A program made the translations under genes and the position numbers. From positions 1-35,236 of the forward strand of contig JBHHUM010000019.1 in NCBI GenBank assembly GCA_046861645.1: a stretch of DNA of 35,236 nt, written 5' to 3'. The notes beneath the pieces were generated by a model that saw only the letters and a list, made by a program, of their open reading frames with translations, did no database searches and was not told where the DNA came from. Below, piece after piece: positions 9,789-17,720 of this stretch. This DNA is from Fidelibacterota bacterium (GTDB taxonomy: Bacteria; Fidelibacterota; Marinisomatia; Marinisomatales; UBA2128). Numbering within the stretch: the stretch's first letter is position 1; every line of letters begins with the position of its first letter.

Positions 9789-10169
9789 ATGAAATACTAC
9801 GAAACACTCTACATAGTAAGATCTGATTTCGAAGATGAGCGCCTGGATAAAATAAAGGCAGAGGTAGATGAATTTGCTGTAAAAAAAGGGGGGAAAATTA
9901 TTAACTCCTATGTATGGGGTAAGCGTCGCCTGGCCTATCCCGTGGATAAAGAACGCTACGGGACCTTTGTGCTACTTCAGTATGGAACAGGCAATCAATT
10001 CATTGATGAGTTTAACAGTTGGTTTGAATTACATGCATCCATTCTGGCATATATGACCATCAGATTGGAAAAGGAACCTGAAGTAAAAGAGATTAGAACT
10101 TCGGAATCTATCGAAAGTAATGAGAAGTCCTCTGTTGAAGCAGTTCAGTCTGAACAGACAACAACTTAA
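9789..10169 (+). CDS. rpsF: 30S ribosomal protein bS6
   Basis: [19 protein letters not shown] motifs; SD GGAG. Confidence 0.96.
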   Translation: MKYYETLYIVRSDFEDERLDKIKAEVDEFAVKKGGKIINSYVWGKRRLAYPVDKERYGTFVLLQYGTGNQFIDEFNSWFELHASILAYMTIRLEKEPEVKEIRTSESIESNEKSSVEAVQSEQTTT

Positions 10170-10191
10170 AGGGACGGGAGGTAAGAAAATT

Positions 10192-10422
10192 ATGGCGTTC
10201 ATGGATAGACATCGGATCTGCAAGTTTTGCGAAGATCGTGACTTGGAAATAAATTATAAAAACGTAAAGGTAATCCGAAAGTTTGTGACAGATCAGGGCA
10301 AAATCATGCCTGCCCGGGTGACTGGAGTGTGTGCCAAACACCAACGTGAACTGTCTCAGGCTATTAAACGGGCAAGAAATATTGCTCTCATGTCATATAC
10401 GGGAGAGGAATTTAACAAATAG
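10192..10422 (+). CDS. rpsR: 30S ribosomal protein bS18 (zinc-binding C+ form)
   Basis: ATG 10192 after GGAGG; CKFC..., INYKN, GKIMPARVTGVCAKHQR.L..AIKRAR motifs. Confidence 0.96.
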   Translation: MAFMDRHRICKFCEDRDLEINYKNVKVIRKFVTDQGKIMPARVTGVCAKHQRELSQAIKRARNIALMSYTGEEFNK

Positions 10423-10440
10423 TTGGGGGAGATTGATCAA

Positions 10441-10902
10441 ATGGCAAAGGGATCCAGTGGACAGGTTATACTCCGAAAAAAAATTGACACACTCGGTGAA
10501 GTTGGAGATGTCATCAGGGTAAAACCAGGCTATGCGCGTAACTTCTTGATTCCCAGAGGTTGGGCTGTAGAAGCGACACCAGGAAATATTAAGATGGTTG
10601 AAGCTCAAAAAAGGCAGCAAGAGACACAACAAGCCAGGGCGATAGCTGCAGTGAAAGCGACTGCAACCCGTTTGGAAACGATAAAACTCTCTGCTCCTGT
10701 TCAGGTAGGTGAGGAAGATAGAGTATTTGGTTCAGTAACTGCCATGACTGTTGCTGAGCTTCTCCAGGATGAAGGGTTTAATATTGACAAGAAGCAGGTA
10801 GTTTTACCTGAACCTATTAAAGCGTTAGGTGTCTATGAGGTTTTGCTGAAGCTTGATTATGATATAGAAGCAGCGGTTAAAGTTTACGTAATAAGAGAGT
10901 AA
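10441..10902 (+). CDS. rplI: 50S ribosomal protein bL9
   Basis: ATG 10441 after GGAG; VIL.....LG..GD...VKPGYARNFLIPRG.A, FGSVT, PIKALG.Y motifs. Confidence 0.96.
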   Translation: MAKGSSGQVILRKKIDTLGEVGDVIRVKPGYARNFLIPRGWAVEATPGNIKMVEAQKRQQETQQARAIAAVKATATRLETIKLSAPVQVGEEDRVFGSVTAMTVAELLQDEGFNIDKKQVVLPEPIKALGVYEVLLKLDYDIEAAVKVYVIRE

Positions 10903-10920
10903 TTTTCTTTTCAACTGGAG

Positions 10921-10950
10921 AAAGAAGGAGCCCTGTGTCAGGGTTTTTTT
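10921..10950. terminator. Intrinsic, probably bidirectional terminator between convergent rplI and the C25-like gene
   Basis: GAGCCCTG-TGT-CAGGGTTT hairpin followed by a T tract, with an A-rich tract on the 5' side. Confidence 0.8.
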
Positions 10951-10962
10951 ATCTTTTTAGTG

Positions 10963-13923
10963 CTACTTCAAAAGGAGGACTTTTCTGGTTTGTGAGAAAC
11001 TTTCTGTTTCTAATTTTACAAAATAAATACCGCTGCTGACGACGTCTCCGAGGTTATTTCTACCATTCCAGTGGAGTTGGTGAATACCTGTCTCCATGAC
11101 CTCTTTTAAAAGTGTGAACACATTCCTACCGAGAATATCATACACTGTGATGTTTACATTACTTCTGACCGGTAGTTGAAAGTTAAGTGTTGTTACGGCG
11201 TTGAACGGGTTGGGATAAGCAGGTGAGAGGATGAAACCTTGAGCTAATCTAATGGGTTCCCCTGATTTCATAATAGCATTAGGGGGTGCATCCGTAGTGA
11301 ATTTGATGGCTACACCCTCGGTTGGCAGGACGGCTCCCGGGGAAAGATATCCGTTAAAGAGATATTGTATACCCACATTTTGATCTGGAGATTCTATTCC
11401 CACAGTGGAGTAATTCCCGTTGGCATCTATGTCATTGATTTGCTGATATTGAAAAAGAATTTCTCCATCACCTGTGGTAGTGGGATTAAGGGTAGGATCA
11501 AGGAGAATTAATTGGAAGGTTTCGTGTACACAATCGGGGCAGTTTTCATCATCCTCACCATTGGCAAGATTATCCCATTGTATTATCAACCTGCTGTTTG
11601 AGGGGTCGTGCCAGGTGTAAACATAGAACGGCTCCATACCATCATTATCATCCAGATCGTCCATGAAAGGTGCTAACATGCCGGACGGACCCATGGACAT
11701 GGGGATGGAGAAATTCCAAAAGTAATCGATAGGACACGGCTCGAATGAAATCCACCCATTAGAGCAGACGGTAATAGAATCATACCACGACCCGTAATAG
11801 CGGAAAGGAAATCCAATCGAAATGTCGGTATGAGAGTCATCGGTTAAACCCAAGTTTTGACCGGCCCCACCCAGTTCGGGATTCAGCTCGATCCAGTTGT
11901 AGGTTGGTGCTTCTTCATATCCGGTATCACTGTTGTCGTAAGCCCAGTAGCCGAATTCATCAGGTGGTAGGGGATCACTTGACTCAATGGGTCCTATCAG
12001 GATGGAAACTGTGTCAGTGGCGATGGCTTCGCTATCTAGTACAAACTCTACCTGGAAACGAATTTTACTACCCTTGGGTATATCAGCCACTTGACCTGCG
12101 ACTACGGTAGCGGTCTGTACAGTAGTGAAGGCACCGAGGTATTCTTCTACTGTAGTGAAAGAAGGGTTGATGACACCTTCATCCAGTGGAGAAAGTTCGA
12201 TGGTAATATCATTGAATTCTTCTTCAGTTAGGTTAGTAATTTTGAGAGAGAGATCGAATACTTGATTAGCTTCTACAAATTCCTCTTCTGATGCCAGAAC
12301 TGGAATGACATCAAAGTGCCCTTGAAGGGGAGGGTCATAAGGAGTACCATCGTCTTCGACAAATGTCAGTGTGATTTTCTTTTGAAGAAATTGTTCCAGG
12401 TTAAGATATAGACTCAACTGTGAGCCCTCGGCTATTTCAGAGAAATCTATGTTCAGTTGCCCATCGGGTCCTGAGACCCCTTTACCGATTGATACATCAT
12501 TAAGAAGTAGTACACCTACCACGTTCTGTAAAGGGACTCCCTCCTCACTTACAATAAAAGTTTGGAGAAAGGATTGGTGCAGTTCTAAAGTTGTAGCTTC
12601 GATATCTGCTGACAACTGGTGTGGCTCGGTTAACCAGACGGGAAGGCTGGGGTCACCAAGAATACCATAGATGTGATGGTAGAATTCTACCACGTTACCT
12701 GGATCAGAAAGTTGGGGAAACTCTTCGAGCAGTGCCTGTTTCCCGGAGAAAAGAGCAGGTCCTAACTCAGCGATTCTTTTTTCGAGGAGATTATCCCACA
12801 TTACGCCACAAATGACATTATTGTATTTAGTATCGGTGTCGAGATCTGAAGGGGCGATAACGGCCACTGCTCCCTTGGGATTAGAAGGTGTACCTTTGGT
12901 GATAAGTTCCTCCCCAAAGCATTTCGATGGCCCCGTCTGGGGGTATAAATCAGCACCGAAGTCACCTGTGTTGCAGACAAAACTCATGACAACAGGAAGC
13001 TTCCAGCCATGATTCAGATTGTTGATATCTTCGATATAAAAACTGGGACGGTGCCAACCATGGGAATTCCCCCAACCCCGGTAATTAATGATTCCTACAC
13101 CATTAGACCACGATTCATTAATCAAAGGATTCTCAATAACCTGGTAGTTAATGTGGAAATAGGCTGTGTCGATACTCGAGTATCCGTAGTCAGAAAGCTG
13201 TTCGTTAAGCCATTGTGAGGTCCAGACCGGTGTCACTGGCCACTGCTCAGGAGGAACTTCCATGCCGTCGTTTGTTTTGTAATTACCAGCTACAAGGAGA
13301 GCATTGTTAAAATAATTTAATTCTTCACTAGCCTGAACATTCTCTAATTGGACATATTCCATGCTCCGTATTTTTACATTAATGAGGTCGCCAATATTGC
13401 GTATTGACCACCGCCCTATAAAGAACTGAGGATAGAGTACGTCGTAATTATCCGATCCAGGGTCTTCATCGAAAAATGAGTAAGGATAGTCGGTGACATC
13501 TTCCTCATCTTCGTTGATGGAGTTGATGAAAAATGTGGGGATTGTATAGTCTCCATTAACATCCCCCACTAATAGAACATATTCCAGTAACGGGTGGGAG
13601 GTTTGGTAGGCTTCCAGAAATGATTTAATCTCAGTAGAGGATTCCAGGCCTTCTTCATCCAGTGCGATGATTTCGACATCATAACCCTGCGTCCGTTTAA
13701 ATAAAACGAAATTATCCCCATACACAGGATTTTCATCCGGGTTGGTCAGAACGTCTCTTAGTTGACTCTTTGCCAAAATAATCAGATAGTCTCCTCGTGT
13801 CAAATGAACCGCAGTGCCCTCAGGAATGAAGTGCTTTTTAGAAAGAGGCACCACTGCTTCAGCAGCCATCATATAGGCTGTTATGATAGAGATGGTGAAT
13901 ATAATCTTTGTGAGAGTCGTCAT
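10963..13923 (-). CDS. Secreted gingipain/peptidase C25-family-like protein with nidogen-like module and T9SS type-A CTD; catalytic His replaced
   Basis: Signal peptide; YVLLVGD, TDYPY, FIGRWS, INYRGWG, SFVCNTG, FGEEL, GAVAVIA, ILGDPSL match the C25 core; VCSNGWISF / APFMDDL / TFQLIL / YSTVGIE module; AYPNPFN...YDILGR...SGIYF...RKVLLLK CTD. Confidence 0.8.
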   Translation of the reverse strand: MTTLTKIIFTISIITAYMMAAEAVVPLSKKHFIPEGTAVHLTRGDYLIILAKSQLRDVLTNPDENPVYGDNFVLFKRTQGYDVEIIALDEEGLESSTEIKSFLEAYQTSHPLLEYVLLVGDVNGDYTIPTFFINSINEDEEDVTDYPYSFFDEDPGSDNYDVLYPQFFIGRWSIRNIGDLINVKIRSMEYVQLENVQASEELNYFNNALLVAGNYKTNDGMEVPPEQWPVTPVWTSQWLNEQLSDYGYSSIDTAYFHINYQVIENPLINESWSNGVGIINYRGWGNSHGWHRPSFYIEDINNLNHGWKLPVVMSFVCNTGDFGADLYPQTGPSKCFGEELITKGTPSNPKGAVAVIAPSDLDTDTKYNNVICGVMWDNLLEKRIAELGPALFSGKQALLEEFPQLSDPGNVVEFYHHIYGILGDPSLPVWLTEPHQLSADIEATTLELHQSFLQTFIVSEEGVPLQNVVGVLLLNDVSIGKGVSGPDGQLNIDFSEIAEGSQLSLYLNLEQFLQKKITLTFVEDDGTPYDPPLQGHFDVIPVLASEEEFVEANQVFDLSLKITNLTEEEFNDITIELSPLDEGVINPSFTTVEEYLGAFTTVQTATVVAGQVADIPKGSKIRFQVEFVLDSEAIATDTVSILIGPIESSDPLPPDEFGYWAYDNSDTGYEEAPTYNWIELNPELGGAGQNLGLTDDSHTDISIGFPFRYYGSWYDSITVCSNGWISFEPCPIDYFWNFSIPMSMGPSGMLAPFMDDLDDNDGMEPFYVYTWHDPSNSRLIIQWDNLANGEDDENCPDCVHETFQLILLDPTLNPTTTGDGEILFQYQQINDIDANGNYSTVGIESPDQNVGIQYLFNGYLSPGAVLPTEGVAIKFTTDAPPNAIMKSGEPIRLAQGFILSPAYPNPFNAVTTLNFQLPVRSNVNITVYDILGRNVFTLLKEVMETGIHQLHWNGRNNLGDVVSSGIYFVKLETESFSQTRKVLLLK

Positions 13924-16286
13924 TTTAATAACATGATCTTTTTTACCGATTCAAAGTTGCCTGAACGCATACGCAGGAAATATACACCACTGGGGAGATT
14001 TCCAGCATCCCATAAAATTTCATGTTTTCCTGCAGACAAACGGTCTTCGTAGATAATGTCAACTTGTTGTCCCAAGAGATCGTATAGGGTGAAAGATATT
14101 GTGGCTTCCTGAGGAAGAGCGAATGTGAAGTTCGTCTGGTTATTAAAGGGATTGGGGAAGCACCCTTCCAGGGTAAAATTGTCAGGGAGGTTCTCCGGCG
14201 GATTTTCAACGCGGGTTTCTTCAGTCCGACCCAGAATAATAAGTTCATCAACCGCAAATCCACGATATTCTACAGAATTGTCAGGAATGATGCCCATTTC
14301 CAGGGACAGTAGCTCTCCCAGGTTGCCCAGATAATGAATTTCCTCGTGGTCCAGCCAGTTTTGAGCGGTCCAGTAGATAAGAGCAGTATCTGTAACTCCA
14401 GCTACAGCGATGTAGGCACTGTCTAAGGTCCATTCCAGCTCGGATCTCAATTTAATTAAAAGTGCATAATCTGTGGAAAGAGCAAGTTCCGTAAGGTCAG
14501 ACTGAATGGCAGATGGGACAGGAGCGTAGGTAAGACTGTTTTGTGAAATGAGAGTGCTATTTTCGATTGCCCAGTCACCGGCAACTATCTGCCAGTTATC
14601 AAGTTCATCAAAGGGCTCCAGGTAAAGCTCTGTAGTTATATCCATAGTTAGAACTAACGAGGTGTCTGACTGGATTTCGATTTCGAGGAACTCTGGGAAT
14701 AATCCTTCTGAATGTAGTTTAAGCCAGTAAGCACCCTCTGGAAGTATGAATTGAGTTTCTCCAGAGAATGTTTCCTCAAAGACAGTGCCGTAATGGTCCA
14801 GGATCTCCAGATTGATCAGCCCGGAAAAAGTCTCTGGAGTTGTTACATTCATGTCCAGAATATACTCTGGTAGGGGTTGCAGGGCGACATCAAGATTTAG
14901 TACGTTAGCACTGTTAGGAGTAATTTCAGTGTTGTACATTTCGTAACCACGAGCGTTGATGACAAGCGAGTAAGTTCCGGCCTCTAAAATCCATCTGTAT
15001 CTGCCAAACTCATCGGTAAGTCGGGGATGAAGCATGGGACCGTATAATTCTGTAATTTCAACACGGGCGTAAATCGGCTCACCTGTCTCAAGGTTTGTGA
15101 CCAGTCCAGTGACTTGATAGGCGGACGCTCCCATGTCACCTTGCCCATAGCCGATGGCACGGTTCATCAAATAGAAGGCCCCCTTAATATGTTTTTCGAT
15201 AGTTTCTTCTAGCAAGTCAATGTTATCCGGTTGGATATTCTCTGATCCCACCTCGAGGAGAAATTGAAGACAACCTGTTGCAGTGTAGAACCAGTCATGA
15301 GCATTTCCCTGGCGAGAGGAACTCCAGACGGGAAGGTAGTAGCCATCTCCTGCCTCATTAGGTAGCAGTGCAGCAAGAGCTTCACCAATTGATGAAATAA
15401 TGGGACCATCTGGAGAAAATTTATCACTAGCCCACCGCCAAGGATAGATTACCCGTTCTGACACGTTTCCCGAACGTGAGCTGTGGTAGGCAATGGAGAG
15501 CAGGAATTGCTCATTAAATGCCAAGTCCCGGATGGCTTCTGTTTCTAACTCTGAAAAAGGAGCTGCCCCACGGTAGTAGTCATAGTGAGCCTGATAAGTA
15601 CCGCCACCGGGATCCTCTTCCCAGAGACTATCACCAAATATCCAGTTGAAATCATAGTTGCGGTTCAAATCTACACCGTCCGAATCGTTGCCCACCCCAA
15701 CTAAAAAGTCAAAAGTCCCGTTGAGGTTTGTGTCTCGTTTGTTCTTCCGATAAGTCACATCTTGAAGCCATTCCTCTCCAGCGGTATACCCGTGTACTAC
15801 GGTGAGGCCCTCAGGATTGTAAGTGGGTACGATCCAGACCTCAGATGATGCCAGGATGGCCTGCATATTCTGTAAATAAGGTTGATGTTCATCAGGGTAA
15901 AGGAACATTTCGATAAGCTCCAAGGTGATTTCCACACCATAGATTTCTTCAGCATGACATTGGCCAAGGAACAGAACACGTGGTTCATCTTCCCTTGTGT
16001 CAGCATTGTATGAGAGCCTGACAGCCCAGAAGGGGAGACCTTCCTGTGTTGATTGTCCGATCTCTTCCAGGTGGTAGATTATACCGCTGCCGGGATAAAG
16101 ATTTGATGGGTCGGCATTACTGCCGAATTCTTCGTTCCACAGGGCGAGCTGGGCGGCGATCTCCTCGTAGGTATGGTAACGTTCCGATAGAGGGCTCTGG
16201 GCGGTAACAAGCACCGGAATCACAATGATACACAGGTATCGGGAAAACGATCTGCTCATACTAATTAATGGTTTGTGCTTGGACAT
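13920..16286 (-). CDS. Secreted M14 zinc carboxypeptidase with carboxypeptidase-regulatory-like domain and T9SS CTD
   Basis: YHTYEEI, HAEE (HxxE), VPTYNPEG, RKN, GVDLNRNY, FSELET, AYHS, LEVG: zinc ligands and catalytic Glu present. FPNPFN...KKIMLLK CTD. ATGA overlap with the next gene. Alternative start 16259. Confidence 0.88.
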   Translation of the reverse strand: MSKHKPLISMSRSFSRYLCIIVIPVLVTAQSPLSERYHTYEEIAAQLALWNEEFGSNADPSNLYPGSGIIYHLEEIGQSTQEGLPFWAVRLSYNADTREDEPRVLFLGQCHAEEIYGVEITLELIEMFLYPDEHQPYLQNMQAILASSEVWIVPTYNPEGLTVVHGYTAGEEWLQDVTYRKNKRDTNLNGTFDFLVGVGNDSDGVDLNRNYDFNWIFGDSLWEEDPGGGTYQAHYDYYRGAAPFSELETEAIRDLAFNEQFLLSIAYHSSRSGNVSERVIYPWRWASDKFSPDGPIISSIGEALAALLPNEAGDGYYLPVWSSSRQGNAHDWFYTATGCLQFLLEVGSENIQPDNIDLLEETIEKHIKGAFYLMNRAIGYGQGDMGASAYQVTGLVTNLETGEPIYARVEITELYGPMLHPRLTDEFGRYRWILEAGTYSLVINARGYEMYNTEITPNSANVLNLDVALQPLPEYILDMNVTTPETFSGLINLEILDHYGTVFEETFSGETQFILPEGAYWLKLHSEGLFPEFLEIEIQSDTSLVLTMDITTELYLEPFDELDNWQIVAGDWAIENSTLISQNSLTYAPVPSAIQSDLTELALSTDYALLIKLRSELEWTLDSAYIAVAGVTDTALIYWTAQNWLDHEEIHYLGNLGELLSLEMGIIPDNSVEYRGFAVDELIILGRTEETRVENPPENLPDNFTLEGCFPNPFNNQTNFTFALPQEATISFTLYDLLGQQVDIIYEDRLSAGKHEILWDAGNLPSGVYFLRMRSGNFESVKKIMLLK

Positions 16287-16397
16287 AGCATTACTACTTG
16301 CTATAAGTGTTTATAACAAATTTAGCACATTTTTCCTTATTTGTAGTTTGAAAGAACGCACTGGGAATATGCACACTAGTGAATTGTTATAAAAATA

Positions 16398-16426
16398 TTG
16401 ACTGATAATAACAAAAGGTGTACGTT
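16398..16426 (+). promoter_or_regulatory. Putative sigma70 promoter of the 16473 gene
   Basis: TTGACT (16398-16403), 17-nt spacer, TACGTT (16421-16426); SD GAGGGG precedes ATG 16473. Confidence 0.5.
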
Positions 16427-16472
16427 GAAACAGTAGATACATAACGCCACATTTTCTTGGCTGAGGGGAACA

Positions 16473-17549
16473 ATGTTCAATCTACATAAAACGCCCGCTG
16501 GAGTTATTATTAGCCTCGCGTCGGTTCTTTGTATTTCGGCATTTCCTCAGGATGACGATGAGCTAACTTATACTATTGTATCCTCTTTCCCAACACCTGG
16601 TCCTGACCCTCAAGGATTAGCATGGGATGAAAGCTATTTATGGCTTGCTGATGACAGCATGAATACAATCTATAAGATTGATCCTACGGATGGTTCTGTT
16701 GTTTTATCCTTTGCTTCTCCTGGTACTAAACCCAAGGGTCTAACCTATGATGGAGCCAATCTTTGGTGTGCTGACGATGACTCGTTGAAGATTTTCAAAT
16801 TAGATCCGGAGAATGGAGCGATTATTACATATTTTAATGCGTATTTATTCCCGAATAAACCAGATGAACTATTTCCAGCGCAGGGCCTCGCCTGGGATGG
16901 TGAATTCCTCTACGCCTGTTTTGAAGCGGGCTGGTCAAGTCAGATAGTTAAAATTGACACCGCAAATGGTTCACCGATACAATATACCTATACAAGAGGA
17001 ACCTCGAATGGATTGGCACTTGATGCTACATATATCTGGAATTCAATTGATAATGATGGAACTATACTAGGTTTGGTGGATCAGTATGATGTCAACGGGC
17101 AACGGCTGGACACTTTTGTAACACCCGGATATTATCATGTGGGTTCAACTTTTGACGGCACGTGCTTTTGGCTTTTTGACAGCGGTAGCGATTCTTTGTA
17201 TCAAATACAATTATTGACAGCTGGTGTAGAAGATAACCAACAAAACATTCCCCATAAAGCTGTGTTATTCCAAAATTTCCCCAACCCCTTCAATCCTACT
17301 ACTACCATACGTTTCGATTTACCAGAGGTATCTTATATCTCTCTGGTGATCTATGATATATTGGGAAGAGAAGTACGCACAATTCTTGACAACAGAGAAG
17401 AGGCTGGATTCAAGAGTATGGTTTGGGATGGTAAGGATAACAATGGGAATATAGCCTCGGCAGGGATTTACATCTATGCATTGAAAGCATGGTCACAGGA
17501 GAGCGAGAAGTCGTATAGTAGGACTCGTAAGATGATATTATTAAGATAA
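16473..17549 (+). CDS. Secreted beta-propeller protein (about 5 P-x-GL-x-W/YDG repeats) with T9SS CTD
   Basis: Signal peptide; repeats PQGLAWDESYLW, PKGLTYDGANLW, AQGLAWDGEFLY, SNGLALDATYIW, HVGSTFDGTCFW; FPNPFNP...RKMILLR CTD. Confidence 0.75.
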   Translation: MFNLHKTPAGVIISLASVLCISAFPQDDDELTYTIVSSFPTPGPDPQGLAWDESYLWLADDSMNTIYKIDPTDGSVVLSFASPGTKPKGLTYDGANLWCADDDSLKIFKLDPENGAIITYFNAYLFPNKPDELFPAQGLAWDGEFLYACFEAGWSSQIVKIDTANGSPIQYTYTRGTSNGLALDATYIWNSIDNDGTILGLVDQYDVNGQRLDTFVTPGYYHVGSTFDGTCFWLFDSGSDSLYQIQLLTAGVEDNQQNIPHKAVLFQNFPNPFNPTTTIRFDLPEVSYISLVIYDILGREVRTILDNREEAGFKSMVWDGKDNNGNIASAGIYIYALKAWSQESEKSYSRTRKMILLR

Positions 17550-17720
17550 GTCCCTTTCTATATTAGCTCGGTTATTTTACTAAGATAGCCTGTCTACAGA
17601 GTTTGAGGCTCAATCTTTTCAAATACTGTGAATACCTTATGTATTTCAGGTAGAATTTCGCAAATTTTATAGTTTGTAGGTTACTCAACCTGCACAAGTT
17701 TCAATAGAAGTAAACTTAGT

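Noticed and set aside
9789..10169. Link between the pgs genes and RimK-type polyglutamylation of ribosomal protein S6
   Set aside because: bS6 ends in QTTT, not Glu-Glu, and PgsB is a Mur-type ligase, not an ATP-grasp RimK.
10169..10192. Absence of ssb between rpsF and rpsR as a novelty
   Set aside because: rpsF-rpsR-rplI without ssb/priB is common in FCB-group bacteria.
16473..17549. Glutaminyl cyclase (5-bladed propeller type) annotation
   Set aside because: The repeat spacing is similar, but the characteristic FGEG, EGWG, NELE and LNGIA motifs are absent.
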